Counted from the stretch's first letter, positions 19,301 to 29,679 are shown. The stretch is 64,000 nt of DNA from Escherichia coli (GCF_003991155.1 NZ_CP031293.1); one strand, 5' to 3'. The notes: a model not told the origin generated them from the letters alone. Numbers and translations are program-made.

Positions 19301-20185
19301 TCGCTGATACTTGATTTCGGCCCACGTCAATTCACCGTTGGTTTTGACGAAACCTTAAAACCTGTAGTGCGCGATGCAAACGGCAAGGTCCTGAAAGATT
19401 TACCCAAACCAAATCAGAGCGATGATAAAACACTGGCAACTGACGCCGTTAACCTCTTTAAACAATTGAAGAAAGATGTTCGTGCTATCGCCAGCCAGCA
19501 AATTACCCGTCTGGAACAGGCTATGTGCCAGCGCAGACGCTGGACGACAGAGCAGTTCCGCCTGTTCATGGTGGAGCACCCACTGGTACGTCACTTAACC
19601 CGACGACTGTTATGGGGGGTATATACTGAGGAAAACACGCTGATTGCCTGCTTCCGGGTCGCAGAAGACAGCACTTACAGCGATATGCAGGATGAGCTAT
19701 TCACGCTACCAGCAGGAAACATCGGTATTCCGCATATGCTGGAAATCCCCCCTGAATCTGCCGCTGCATTCAGGCAAATTTACGCTGATTACGAACTGCT
19801 CCCCCCCTTCCAACAGCTCGATCGTGGTAGTTATCGTCTTGCTGATAATGAACGGAATACCCACGAACTGACACGCTGGAGCGGACGCCTTTGCCAGGCA
19901 GGGCGCATTGTCGGGCTAGAGCGCCGAGGTTGGCAACGTCTGGAAGAAAGCGGCAGCGTCTATGCGATGCGCAAATCTACTCCTTATGGCGATCTCGAAC
20001 TTGAAACAGAACATTTTTCATTAATTTATGGCGAAACAGGTTATGGCGACCTGTTACCTGTTGAAAGCGTAAAAATCACCTCGCCAGATGATCGCTACGG
20101 TAAACAACCTTTACTTACTTTTTCCATGCTCGACGACATCACCGCCAGCGAGCTGATTAACGACATTGAATCATTGTTTGATTAA
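16385..20185 (+). CDS. molR: Large MolR-like protein, paralog 1 (N-terminal WGR-like domain, long C-terminal region)
   Basis: 1266 aa. N-terminus HKFWAVEQQGNELHISWGKVGTNGQ fits the WGR pattern; C-terminal half shares long near-identical segments with the next gene. Symbol assignment is tentative. Confidence 0.75.
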   Translation: MRHFIYQDKKSHKFWAVEQQGNELHISWGKVGTNGQNQVKSFADAAAAAKAELKLIAEKTKKGYVENASANVHIPPITKATPEVKTPPVSQNKHPWLADDAVIPVTDDINRFAFPHRSRPREINYLHKDGQIWQRIANNTRAYDPDNNYRSYPENWQQAFAELQSRILDNQQTGSAQSDAALLWSFWNSYSADELVDDLVIRCGLESAVEIALFALQLKYKPVKGAVTTIIPPGHKAESLPSWHQRLCHHLSLASEDEWQRCVNKVLTAIPTLSPARQPFAALLLPERPDIANAMALRYADQNVPAMTWLRLVVTDDAALTAAEKYDFPPLYRDFRAYLAMLLANNGVSGVSRILTEFVEEHSDNPTYLFERISETEDLVKWLWKTNHPDAIQILILGVIGKKKHLEYLSKACQKHPAAAIAAYATLLAIHEDAQWRNALVKLVTVTPELVCDVIPWVNAKAAGILSECRPQPVAEECEYATVDMLPELFVSPPWMTKEKKKNTPVFDLPVLPVPSVSDVTPEIAKRLTRTYLVTRFQQIAQQQATKQTLFTDLPPIKKASWEKHLIPLTPEQQILWHLGFEKWRESGEKIYEKIPAPQSAVDALLRFDFPALNAEFVQYHNNAYKSWNLIALCYLPGQQAISFLNQIVKEDNYSDEGNILAIFGSAAIPAFMTCLQRDPRRLCFFPFFLGVSDLALPMAQQLQKKMSYDDARNWLTDYPRHAAAGLLPVALGKHCQNREYARQALRLLVNLNQRETIEEIARGYNQPDVLAALATLFDSDPLEEYPAKIAPLPGFYQFTLWRRPRLKSNNLPLSDDAMRHLGTMLSFPRDITAYAGLDIIREIFTRESLADFGWDLYTAWMESGAPAKENWAFTSLGILGNNDTARKLTPLIRAWPGESQHKRAVSGLDVLASIGSDIALMLLNGIAQKIKFKALQEHARDKINMVAENRGLTMAELEDRLAPDLGLDINGSLILDFGPRQFTVGFDETLKPVVRDANGKVLKDLPKPNQSDDKTLATDAVNLFKQLKKDVRAIASQQITRLEQAMCQRRRWTTEQFRLFMVEHPLVRHLTRRLLWGVYTEENTLIACFRVAEDSTYSDMQDELFTLPAGNIGIPHMLEIPPESAAAFRQIYADYELLPPFQQLDRGSYRLADNERNTHELTRWSGRLCQAGRIVGLERRGWQRLEESGSVYAMRKSTPYGDLELETEHFSLIYGETGYGDLLPVESVKITSPDDRYGKQPLLTFSMLDDITASELINDIESLFD

Positions 20186-20197
20186 AAGGATTTAGCA

Positions 20198-23100
20198 ATG
20201 AAAACCTATATTTATCAGGACGAAAAATCACATAAATTCTGGGCAGTGGAGCAACAGGGAAACGAGCTGCATATTAGTTGGGGCAAAGTCAGTACCAACG
20301 GGCAAAGCCAGGTAAAAAGCTTTGCTGATGCTGCGGCGGCGGAAAAAGCGGAACTGAGGCTGATTGCGGAGAAGATGAAGAAGGGGTATGTGGAGCAAGC
20401 GAAGGATAATTCTTTGCAACCTTCCCAAACGGTAACGGATTCTCTCAAGGTAGCGGCCTTATCCACCATTATTCAGGAACAACCCTTTTGCGTAGCAGAA
20501 GCCCGTGTGGCTGACAAAAATACAGATGATGTTTTACCGTGGCTGGCGAAAGATATTGCTGTCGTTTTTCCGCCCGAAGTTGTACACACCACGTTAAGCC
20601 ATCGCCGCTTTCCCGGAGTTCCTGTTCAGCAAGCAGACAACTTGACCCAGTTACGTCGCTTAGCCTGTAGCGTGTCGCAACGGGATAATAAAACAGCCAC
20701 ATTTGACTTCAGCGCCTGTTCTTTAGTATGGCAAAACACCGTCGCCCAGGCGATCAGTCAGATCGACTGCCTGAAAACAACACAGTTACCATCACCAGTA
20801 ATGGCTGTACTCACGGCACTTGAAATGAAATGCACAAGATATAAAGTGCGTGAGGATGTTATGGATCAGATCATTCAGGAAGGCGGTCTGGAATATGCTA
20901 CTGATGTAATAATACACCTTCAACAGATTGATATTGAATGGAATTATGCGAATAATATCATTATTATTCTGCCGTCTGGCATTGCACCTGATAACTTGCA
21001 GCAATATTCCAGTTTTGAATTACGCCTACGGAAACATTTATCACTGGCGGAAGAGTCTCTCTGGCAAAAATGTGCACAAAAACTTATTGCCGCAATTCCA
21101 CATATTCCAGAATGGCGGCAACCATTAATTGCTTTGTTATTACCCGAAAAACCAGAAATTGCACATGAAATTGCCCAGCGTCTACTGGGGAAAAAAAAAT
21201 TACCCTCGCTTGAGTGGCTAAAAATAGTGGCGACTGATGAGCACATTCTTGCCTCATTAGAAAAATATCACGAGCCATATGCCATTTTTGATGATTACTA
21301 TTGTGGTGCGATATGGTCAGCCACCGTATTACAGGAGCAAGGTGTTGCAGCCCTGCCCCGATTTGCTCCCTATGCCGCAAGTGACTACTGCGCCGATGTG
21401 TTGCGTCATATCAATCATCCGTTCGCATTAACACTGCTTATACGTGTAGCCGGGCATACTAAACGCTGTCACGATCGAATGACGAAAGCCTGCGCTGCGT
21501 TCCCACACGCAGCACTGGCAGCACTGGCGGAACTTCTAGTGCAAAAAGAAGAGAATAGTTGGCGCATTATGCTAATGACGATGCTTATCTCGCAACCAGC
21601 ACTGGCAGAACAGGTCATTCCCTGGCTTTCGACACCCGCAGCTGCAGTGCTGAAATCATGCCAGCAACAACTGACACAGCCATCAAACCATGCCAGCACC
21701 GATCTACTGCCGGCCATAGTAGTCTCCCCACCATGGCTTTCGAAAAAGAAAAAATCGTCGATTCCGGTGCTTGATTTAGCACCATTAGGCATTGAGCCAA
21801 TCAGTTATCTGACAGAAGAAATCAGTAATCAACTTTTGGCGAAATATATCTGGTATTCAAAACACATCACGGTTAGTCATGAAGAAAGTACTGCCAATCT
21901 GTTGGCAAGGATGGGTTTTCAACGACGGATCGCTGGTACATATATTAAAGCTCCCGAAGCGGTAGTTGAGGCATGGCTAAATGAAGATTATTCAACCTTA
22001 ATAAGTGAATTTAAGGTGTTTCATTCACCTACCGGGCATTATTGGCATTTGGGGATTTTGACAACATTGCCGCTGGAGAAAGCAATAAGAGCATGGAATG
22101 CCCTTACTCTATCTCCGCATACCGATACCGAATACGCCATGTTACATTTTGGACTCAAAGGATTACCTGGGTTAGTAAACTCACTTGCACGTTATCCACA
22201 GGAAGCCTTGCCCATAACGAATTACTTCGCAGCGAGTGAGCTGGCTCCTGCCGTCGCCCGCGCCTTCAACAAACTCAAAACCCTACGACAAGACGCCCGC
22301 ACCTGGCTGCTGAAATACCCGGAACACGCCATTACCGGCCTGCTACCTTCGGCGCTCGGCAAAGCCGGTGAAGCACAGGATAACGCCCGCGCTGCCTTGC
22401 GTATGCTTATCGAAAACGATCATCAGCCATTACTGCAAGAAATCGCCCGGCGTTATAACCAGCCGGAAGTAACAGATGCGGTGAACGCTATGCTTGCGCT
22501 CGATCCCTTAGATAATCACCCGACAAAAATCCCCACTCTTCCGGCCTTTTATCAGCCATCGATCTGGACCCGCCCGGTATTAAAAGCAAATGCCCAATCA
22601 CTGCCAGATAACGCCCTCCTCCACCTCGGTGAAATGCTCCGCTTCCCTCAGGAAGAGGCTCTGTATCCGGGATTATTGCAGGTGAAAGATGCCTGTACCG
22701 CCGACTCACTGGCTGAATTTGCCTGGGATCTGTTTACCGCCTGGCAGACCGCTGGCGCACCGTCGAAAGAAAGTTGGGCGTTCACTGCGTTAGGCGTTCT
22801 CGGTAACGATGACACCGCCCGCAAACTGACGCCATTAATCCGCGCCTGGCCTGGCGAATCTCAGCATAAACGTGCCACCGTTGGGTTGGATATTCTCGCT
22901 GCTATCGGCAGCGATATCGCCCTGATGCAGCTTAACGGCATCGCCCAGAAACTGAAATTCAAAGCATTACAGGAGCGAGCAAAAGAAAAAATTGCCGACA
23001 TTGCCGAAAGCCGCGAACTCACAGTGGCAGAACTTGAAGATCGGTTAGCACCGGATCTCGGTCTGGATGATAACGGTTCGCTGCTGCTGGATTTCGGGCC

Positions 23101-23992
23101 ACGGCAGTTCACCGTCAGCTTTGATGAAACCTTAAAACCGTTTGTGCGTGATGCTTCCGGCAGCCGCCTGAAAGACTTGCCTAAACCGAACAAAAGCGAT
23201 GATGAAACCCAAGCGAACGATGCAGTTAACCGCTACAAACTGTTGAAAAAAGATGCGCGTACCGTTGCCGCCCAGCAGGTAGCAAGGCTGGAATCCGCCA
23301 TGTGCCTACGCCGCCGCTGGTCGCCGGAAAACTTCCAGCTATTCCTGGTTGAGCATCCGCTGGTTCGCCACTTAACCCGCCGTCTGATTTGGGGCGTTTA
23401 TAGCACCGAAAACGAGCTACTGGCCTGTTTCCGGGTGGCAGAAGATAACAGCTACAGCACCGCTGACGATGATCTTTTCACCCTGCCGGAAGGCGATATC
23501 TCTATTGGTATTCCTCACGTTCTGGAAATATCACCGACGGATGCCGCCGCCTTTGGTCAGCTTTTTGCCGACTACGAACTTTTACCGCCGTTCCGTCAGC
23601 TCGACCGCAACAGTTATGCCCTGACTGAAGTCGAACGCAACGCCAGCGAACTAACCCGCTGGGCAGGCAGAAAATGCCCGAGCGGTCGGGTTATGGGGCT
23701 GTCGAATAAAGGCTGGGTGCGTGGTGAACCGCAGGACGGTGGCTGGATCGGCTGGATGATCAAACCTCTGGGCCGCTGGTCATTAATCATGGAAATCGAT
23801 GAAGGATTTGCAGTTGGTATGTCGCCAGCCGAACTCAGTGCCGAGCAACTCTTAAGCAAGCTGTGGCTATGGGAAGGCAAAGCAGAAAGCTATGGCTGGG
23901 GGAGTCATTCAACACAGGAAGCGCAGTTCTCCGCACTCGATGACATCACCGCCAGCGAGTTGATTAACGATATTGAAGCCCTGTTTGAATAA
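20198..23992 (+). CDS. Large MolR-like protein, paralog 2 (N-terminal WGR-like domain)
   Basis: 1264 aa; same N-terminal and C-terminal sequence blocks as paralog 1, separated from it by only 12 bp. Confidence 0.75.
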   Translation: MKTYIYQDEKSHKFWAVEQQGNELHISWGKVSTNGQSQVKSFADAAAAEKAELRLIAEKMKKGYVEQAKDNSLQPSQTVTDSLKVAALSTIIQEQPFCVAEARVADKNTDDVLPWLAKDIAVVFPPEVVHTTLSHRRFPGVPVQQADNLTQLRRLACSVSQRDNKTATFDFSACSLVWQNTVAQAISQIDCLKTTQLPSPVMAVLTALEMKCTRYKVREDVMDQIIQEGGLEYATDVIIHLQQIDIEWNYANNIIIILPSGIAPDNLQQYSSFELRLRKHLSLAEESLWQKCAQKLIAAIPHIPEWRQPLIALLLPEKPEIAHEIAQRLLGKKKLPSLEWLKIVATDEHILASLEKYHEPYAIFDDYYCGAIWSATVLQEQGVAALPRFAPYAASDYCADVLRHINHPFALTLLIRVAGHTKRCHDRMTKACAAFPHAALAALAELLVQKEENSWRIMLMTMLISQPALAEQVIPWLSTPAAAVLKSCQQQLTQPSNHASTDLLPAIVVSPPWLSKKKKSSIPVLDLAPLGIEPISYLTEEISNQLLAKYIWYSKHITVSHEESTANLLARMGFQRRIAGTYIKAPEAVVEAWLNEDYSTLISEFKVFHSPTGHYWHLGILTTLPLEKAIRAWNALTLSPHTDTEYAMLHFGLKGLPGLVNSLARYPQEALPITNYFAASELAPAVARAFNKLKTLRQDARTWLLKYPEHAITGLLPSALGKAGEAQDNARAALRMLIENDHQPLLQEIARRYNQPEVTDAVNAMLALDPLDNHPTKIPTLPAFYQPSIWTRPVLKANAQSLPDNALLHLGEMLRFPQEEALYPGLLQVKDACTADSLAEFAWDLFTAWQTAGAPSKESWAFTALGVLGNDDTARKLTPLIRAWPGESQHKRATVGLDILAAIGSDIALMQLNGIAQKLKFKALQERAKEKIADIAESRELTVAELEDRLAPDLGLDDNGSLLLDFGPRQFTVSFDETLKPFVRDASGSRLKDLPKPNKSDDETQANDAVNRYKLLKKDARTVAAQQVARLESAMCLRRRWSPENFQLFLVEHPLVRHLTRRLIWGVYSTENELLACFRVAEDNSYSTADDDLFTLPEGDISIGIPHVLEISPTDAAAFGQLFADYELLPPFRQLDRNSYALTEVERNASELTRWAGRKCPSGRVMGLSNKGWVRGEPQDGGWIGWMIKPLGRWSLIMEIDEGFAVGMSPAELSAEQLLSKLWLWEGKAESYGWGSHSTQEAQFSALDDITASELINDIEALFE

Positions 23993-24001
23993 GGAAAGAA
24001 C

Positions 24002-27000
24002 ATGGACAAGGAATTACCGTGGCTGGCGGATAACGCCCAACTGGAACTGAAATATAAAAAAGGCAAAACACCACTCAGCCATCGCAATTGGCCGGGAGAA
24101 CCGGTGCCTGTTATCACTGAAAGCCTCATCCAGACACTGGGTGATAAATTGCTACACATTGCTGAGAAGAAAAAAAACATTGTCTGGCGTTATGAAAATT
24201 TTTCACTGGAATGGCAGTCCGCCATCACGCAGGCCATCAACTTGATCGGCGAGCACAAACCCTCAGTTCCGGCCCGGACAATGGCGGCGCTAGCCTGTAT
24301 CGCGCAAAATGACAGCCAACAGTTGCTCGACGAAATCGTCCAACAAGAGGGACTGGAATATGCGACTGAGGTGGTGATTGCACGCCAGTTTATTGCACAG
24401 TGTTATGAGAGTGATCCTCTGCTAGTGACATTGCAGTATCAGAACGAGGATTATGGCTATGGTTATCGCTCAGAAACCTATAACGAATTCGATCTCCGAC
24501 TGCGTAAGCATCTCTCTCTGGCAGAGGAAAGCTGCTGGCAGCGTTGCGCCGACAAACTCATTGCCGCACTGCCAGGACTACCCCAAGTTCGCCGTCCTTT
24601 TATTGCGCTGATCCTCCCGGAAAAACCAGAAATCGCCAATGAGTTGGTAGGCCTTGAATGCCCGTGGACTCATTTTCATTCTAAGGAGTGGTTAAAAGTT
24701 GTTGCTACTGACCACAGGGCAGTGGGAAAACTCGAACGCTACTGGAGCCAGGATATATTTAGCGATCGCGAAGCCAGCTACATGTCGCATGAAAACCACT
24801 TCGGCTACGCGGCCTGCGCCGCCCTTTTGCGCGAACAAGGAATTGCAGCCGTTCCACGCCTCGCGATGTATGCCCATAAAGAAGATTGCGGCAGTCTGCT
24901 GGTACAAATTAACCATCCGCAGGTCATCCGTACCCTGCTGTTAGTTGCTGATAAAAATAAACCCAGCCTGCAACGTGTGGCTAAATACAGTAAAAACTTC
25001 CCCCATGCGACGCTTGCCGCACTGGCAGAGCTTCTGGCGTTAAAAGAACCGCCTGCACGCCCTGGTTATCCAATCATCGAAGACAAAAAGCTGCCTGCAC
25101 AGCAAAAAGCTCGAGATGAATACTGGCGTACGCTGTTACAAACGCTGATGGCATCGCAGCCACAACTGGCAGAAGAGGTGATGCCGTGGTTAAGTACTCA
25201 AGCCCAGGCAGTGCTGAATAGTTATTTATCGGCACCGCCCAAAACGGTTATTGATAGCACCGATAACATCCAAATGCCTGAAATCCTCGTTTCACCACCG
25301 TGGCGTAGTAAGAAAAAAATGACAGTTCCACGTCTTGATTTGGCACCGTTCGAATTAACGCCGCAAGTTTACTGGCAACCAGGCGAACGAGAGAGGCTTG
25401 CCGCCACTGAGTCTGCCCGTTATTTCAGCACGGAATCTCTTGCGGAACGCATGGAACAAAAAAGTGGACGAGTTGTATTACAGGAGCTGGGTTTTGGAGA
25501 TGATGTATGGCTGTTTTTGAATTATATACTCCCCGGAAAACTGGATGCTGCACGCAATTCACTCATTGTTCAGTGGCATTACTACCCAGGGCGGGTTGAA
25601 GAGATCATGAATGGCTGGAGCTCCCCGGAAGCTCAATTAGCAGAACAGGCGCTTCGCAACGGTCACGTAGAAGTGTTAATTAACATATGGGAAAATGACA
25701 GCTACTCACGCTATCGTCGGGAAAAGAGTATCTGGAACCTGTATTTATTGGCGCAGTTGCCGCGTGAGATGGCTTTGACTTTCTGGCTACGTATCAATGA
25801 GAAAAAGCATCTGTCTGCGGGTGAGGACTATTTTCTCAGTATCTTCGGATTGGATGCTCTACCAGGTCTGCTGTTGGCTTTTTCACATCGTCCAAAAGAA
25901 ACATTTCCATTAATTTTAAATTTCGGCGCAACAGAACTGGCCCTGCCCGTTGCCCGCGTCTGGCGACGTTTCGCGGCGCAGCGTGATCTGGCTCGCCAGT
26001 GGATTTTACATTGGCCGGAACATACAGCTACTGCACTTATCCCTCTTGTCTTCACCAAATCCAGCGATAATAGCGAAGCTGCATTACTTGCCCTGCGTTT
26101 ACTTTACGAACAGGGACATGGCGAATTACTGCAAACCGTGGCAAACCGCTGGCAGCATACAGATGTATGGCCTGCCCTGGAGCAATTACTTAAACAGGGT
26201 CCAATGGACATTTACCCGGCACGCATTCCCAAAGCCCCTGATTTCTGGCATCCGACAATGTGGTCCAGACCGAGACTTATCACGAATAATCAGCCTGTTA
26301 CCGATGATGCTCTGGAAATTATCGGCGACATGCTGCGCTTTACCCAGGGCGGACGTTTTTATTGCGGGCTGGAACAACTGAAAACGTTCTGCCAGCCACA
26401 AACGCTGGCAGCTTTTGCCTGGGATCTCTTCACCGCGTGGCAACAAGTTGGCGCCCCCGCAAAAGACAACTGGGCATTTCTGGCGTTAAGTCTCTTCGGT
26501 GACGAAAGCACGGCTCGGGATCTGACAACACAGATCCTCGCCTGGCCACAGGAAGGCAAATCTGCCCGTGCCGTCAGTGGCCTGAACATACTTACTCAGA
26601 TGAATAATGATATGGCGCTGATACAGCTGCATCATATATCGCAACGGGCGAAATCCCGCCCCTTACGTGATAACGCGGCGGAATTTCTTCAGGTGGTCGC
26701 AGAAAATCGTAGGCTAAGCCAGGAACAGTTAGCGGACAGATTAGTCCCAACACTGGGTCTTGATGATCCGCAGGCGTTGAGTTTTGATTTTGGTCCACGG
26801 CAATTTACCGTTCGCTTTGATGAAAACCTTAACCCGGTTATCTTTGATCAGCAAAACGTTCGCCAGAAAAGCGTTCCCCGGTTGCGCGCCGATGACGATC
26901 AACTGAAAGCGCCCGAGGCACTGGCCCGACTAAAAGGGCTAAAAAAAGATGCGACTCAGGTGAGCAAAAACCTGCTCCCGCGTCTTGAAACGGCCCTACG

Positions 27001-27634
27001 CACCACCCGACGCTGGTCGCTGGCAGATTTTCATACTCTGTTTGTTAATCATCCCTTTACCCGCCTGGTTACTCAGCGATTAATATGGGGCGTGTATCCG
27101 GCAAATGAACCGCGTCGTTTACTCAACGCCTTTCGTGTGGCCGCAGAGGGGGAGTTCTGCAATGCACAAGATGAGCCCATTGACCTGCCTGCGGATGCTT
27201 TGATTGGCATTGCCCACCCGTTAGAAATGACAGCAGAAATGCGCAGTGAATTTGCACAGCTTTTTGCCGATTACGAAATTATGCCGCCTTTTCGCCAGTT
27301 GACGAGGCGCACAGTGCTGCTCACGCCTGACGAGTCAGCCAGTAACAGCCTGACTCGCTGGGAAGGTAAATCCGCTACCGTTGGGCAACTTATGGGAATG
27401 CGATACAAAGGCTGGGAGTCAGGCTATGAGGACGCATTTGTCTATGACCTGGGCGAGTACCGGCTGGTCCTTAAGTTTTCATCCGGTTTTAACCACTACA
27501 ATGTTGATAGCAAAGCGCTAATGAGCTTCCGTTCTCTTCATGTATACCGTGACAATAAATCTGTCACTTTTGCCGAACTTGATGTGTTTGATTTGAGTGA
27601 AGCGTTAAGCGCACCCGACGTCATTTTCCATTAA
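24002..27634 (+). CDS. yehI: Large YehI protein (shares the C-terminal region of the two upstream paralogs, lacks the WGR-like N-terminus)
   Basis: 1210 aa; shared blocks such as DLFTAWQ..GAPAKDNWAF and FGPRQFTV; 9 bp downstream of paralog 2. Confidence 0.85.
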   Translation: MDKELPWLADNAQLELKYKKGKTPLSHRNWPGEPVPVITESLIQTLGDKLLHIAEKKKNIVWRYENFSLEWQSAITQAINLIGEHKPSVPARTMAALACIAQNDSQQLLDEIVQQEGLEYATEVVIARQFIAQCYESDPLLVTLQYQNEDYGYGYRSETYNEFDLRLRKHLSLAEESCWQRCADKLIAALPGLPQVRRPFIALILPEKPEIANELVGLECPWTHFHSKEWLKVVATDHRAVGKLERYWSQDIFSDREASYMSHENHFGYAACAALLREQGIAAVPRLAMYAHKEDCGSLLVQINHPQVIRTLLLVADKNKPSLQRVAKYSKNFPHATLAALAELLALKEPPARPGYPIIEDKKLPAQQKARDEYWRTLLQTLMASQPQLAEEVMPWLSTQAQAVLNSYLSAPPKTVIDSTDNIQMPEILVSPPWRSKKKMTVPRLDLAPFELTPQVYWQPGERERLAATESARYFSTESLAERMEQKSGRVVLQELGFGDDVWLFLNYILPGKLDAARNSLIVQWHYYPGRVEEIMNGWSSPEAQLAEQALRNGHVEVLINIWENDSYSRYRREKSIWNLYLLAQLPREMALTFWLRINEKKHLSAGEDYFLSIFGLDALPGLLLAFSHRPKETFPLILNFGATELALPVARVWRRFAAQRDLARQWILHWPEHTATALIPLVFTKSSDNSEAALLALRLLYEQGHGELLQTVANRWQHTDVWPALEQLLKQGPMDIYPARIPKAPDFWHPTMWSRPRLITNNQPVTDDALEIIGDMLRFTQGGRFYCGLEQLKTFCQPQTLAAFAWDLFTAWQQVGAPAKDNWAFLALSLFGDESTARDLTTQILAWPQEGKSARAVSGLNILTQMNNDMALIQLHHISQRAKSRPLRDNAAEFLQVVAENRRLSQEQLADRLVPTLGLDDPQALSFDFGPRQFTVRFDENLNPVIFDQQNVRQKSVPRLRADDDQLKAPEALARLKGLKKDATQVSKNLLPRLETALRTTRRWSLADFHTLFVNHPFTRLVTQRLIWGVYPANEPRRLLNAFRVAAEGEFCNAQDEPIDLPADALIGIAHPLEMTAEMRSEFAQLFADYEIMPPFRQLTRRTVLLTPDESASNSLTRWEGKSATVGQLMGMRYKGWESGYEDAFVYDLGEYRLVLKFSSGFNHYNVDSKALMSFRSLHVYRDNKSVTFAELDVFDLSEALSAPDVIFH

Positions 27635-27694
27635 ACCACAGCGGGCAGTGATGCGACTGCCCGTTATTAACACGACCTGCCACCGGGAAAAGCG

Positions 27695-28015
27695 ATGATC
27701 GTGCAAAAAGAGCTGGTCGCTATTTATGATTATGAAGTCCCTGTACCTGAAGATCCGTTTTCCTTCAGACTTGAGATCCATAAATGCTCTGAATTATTTA
27801 CAGGTTCCATCTACCGGCTGGAGCGATTCCGGCTACATCCAACATTTCATCAACGTGATCGAGAGGATATCGACCCGCTAATAAATGATGCGTTGATTTA
27901 TATAAGAGATGAGTTTATTGATGAGCGAAAATTACGGGGCGAATCACCAGAAATGGTAATAGCCATTTTTAATCGTGAACTACAGAATATATTCAACCAA
28001 GAAATAGAAAAATAG
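27695..28015 (+). CDS. yehK: Small protein YehK
   Basis: 106 aa ORF directly after yehI. Confidence 0.8.
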   Translation: MIVQKELVAIYDYEVPVPEDPFSFRLEIHKCSELFTGSIYRLERFRLHPTFHQRDREDIDPLINDALIYIRDEFIDERKLRGESPEMVIAIFNRELQNIFNQEIEK

Positions 28016-28453
28016 CTTTATTAAAGAGGGAGACGGTATTCCCCCTTAGATGCGTTTCAATTTGCCCGTTACTTCAACAAATCAATCAACCGTAACAGAG
28101 CCACTAATAACTCCAGTACGGCAATGAGCACAGTTAACTTTTGTGTCAGCGTGTCCATCCGCTCTCCTTATTAAGGAGCGCAACACCAGCACCTTACCCT
28201 TACACTGCCTGTCGATACTGGTTTACGTATGTTGGACCACGATGTTGCACTCCGGATCAGGGCACTACCTGCGGCACCACCCGTCCGGTAGCCATGACTT
28301 GAAATGGGTTCGATCCGGCGCAACGTCCCAACAGTCAGGATTATAAATCTCATTATCTTAATTGCAACGGGGTCCACCGATGGTTATAATTCGTTCGTTG
28401 GAACACGATGTTGCACAGGCTGCGGCGTTGGGCCTGAAAATAGTAAATAAAAG

Positions 28454-28481
28454 AACCTGCCTCACCAGCAGGTTTTTTTAT
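28454..28481 (+). terminator. Rho-independent terminator in the yehK-yehL intergenic region
   Basis: aacctgc / gcaggtt stem, ctcacca loop, then tttttta. Confidence 0.55.
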
Positions 28482-28590
28482 TTACTGTGATCTGCTTTCC
28501 AGATATTTTCCGCTCAAACAACTAATGCGCCAAACATTTATTGCGCGTAAAATATCGTTTATTTCATTAATACATTTCAGGGATGAATAT

Positions 28591-29679
28591 ATGTCACCGC
28601 AGAATAATCATCTGCAGCGTCCGCCTGCCGCTGTGTTATACGCCGATGAACTGGCAAAATTAAAACAAAATGATCACGCACCTTGCCCGCCCGGTTGGCA
28701 GTTAAGTTTGCCTGCGGCCCGTGCTTTTATCCTTGGCGACGAAGCGCAAAATATTAGCCGTAAAGTCGTGATCAGTCCCTCCGCTGTCGAACGCATGTTA
28801 GTCACTCTCGCTACCGGGCGCGGTTTGATGTTGGTGGGGGAACCTGGCACCGCAAAATCGCTCCTGTCTGAATTACTGGCAACCGCTATTAGCGGCGATG
28901 CCGGGTTAACCATCCAGGGCGGCGCATCTACCACCGAAGATCAAATCAAGTACGGCTGGAACTACGCTCTGCTTATCAATCATGGTCCATCAACGGAAGC
29001 GCTGGTCCCTGCCCCGCTTTACCAGGGAATGCGCGACGGCAAAATCGTCCGTTTTGAAGAAATAACGCGTACACCGCTGGAAGTGCAGGACTGTCTGTTA
29101 GGTATGCTTTCTGACAGGGTGATGACGGTGCCGGAACTCACCGGTGAAGCCAGTCAGCTCTATGCGCGGGAAGGCTTTAATATTATTGCCACTGCCAATA
29201 CCCGCGATCGCGGCGTCAATGAAATGAGTGCTGCGCTAAAGCGTCGTTTCGATTTTGAAACTGTCTTTCCGATTATGGATTTCGCTCAGGAGCTGGAGCT
29301 TGTCGCCAGTGCTTCGGCGCGTTTGCTGGCCCATAGCGGTATTCCGCATAAAGTGCCTGACGCGGTACTGGAGTTACTGGTCCGCACCTTCCGCGATCTG
29401 CGTGCCAACGGCGAAAAGAAAACGTCAATGGATACACTAACAGCGATTATGTCCACCGCTGAAGCCGTGAACGTGGCCCACGCTGTGGGCGTCCGCGCCT
29501 GGTTTTTAGCGAATCGCGCAGGTGAGCCAGCCGATCTGGTGGACTGTATTGCCGGAACCATCGTCAAAGATAACGAAGAAGATCGCGCTCGTCTGCGCCG
29601 TTACTTCGAACAGCGAGTCGCCACACATAAAGAAGCTCACTGGCAGGCTTATTATCAAGCCCGCCACCGCCTGCCGTGA
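28591..29679 (+). CDS. yehL: MoxR-like AAA+ ATPase YehL
   Basis: Start trimmed to MSPQNNH, 362 aa; Walker A GEPGTAKS. Confidence 0.9.
   Translation: MSPQNNHLQRPPAAVLYADELAKLKQNDHAPCPPGWQLSLPAARAFILGDEAQNISRKVVISPSAVERMLVTLATGRGLMLVGEPGTAKSLLSELLATAISGDAGLTIQGGASTTEDQIKYGWNYALLINHGPSTEALVPAPLYQGMRDGKIVRFEEITRTPLEVQDCLLGMLSDRVMTVPELTGEASQLYAREGFNIIATANTRDRGVNEMSAALKRRFDFETVFPIMDFAQELELVASASARLLAHSGIPHKVPDAVLELLVRTFRDLRANGEKKTSMDTLTAIMSTAEAVNVAHAVGVRAWFLANRAGEPADLVDCIAGTIVKDNEEDRARLRRYFEQRVATHKEAHWQAYYQARHRLP

Noticed and set aside
16385-27634. Rhs or polymorphic-toxin genes
   Set aside because: The proteins lack YD-repeat-like composition and a variable C-terminal tip; their C-termini are the most conserved part among the paralogs.
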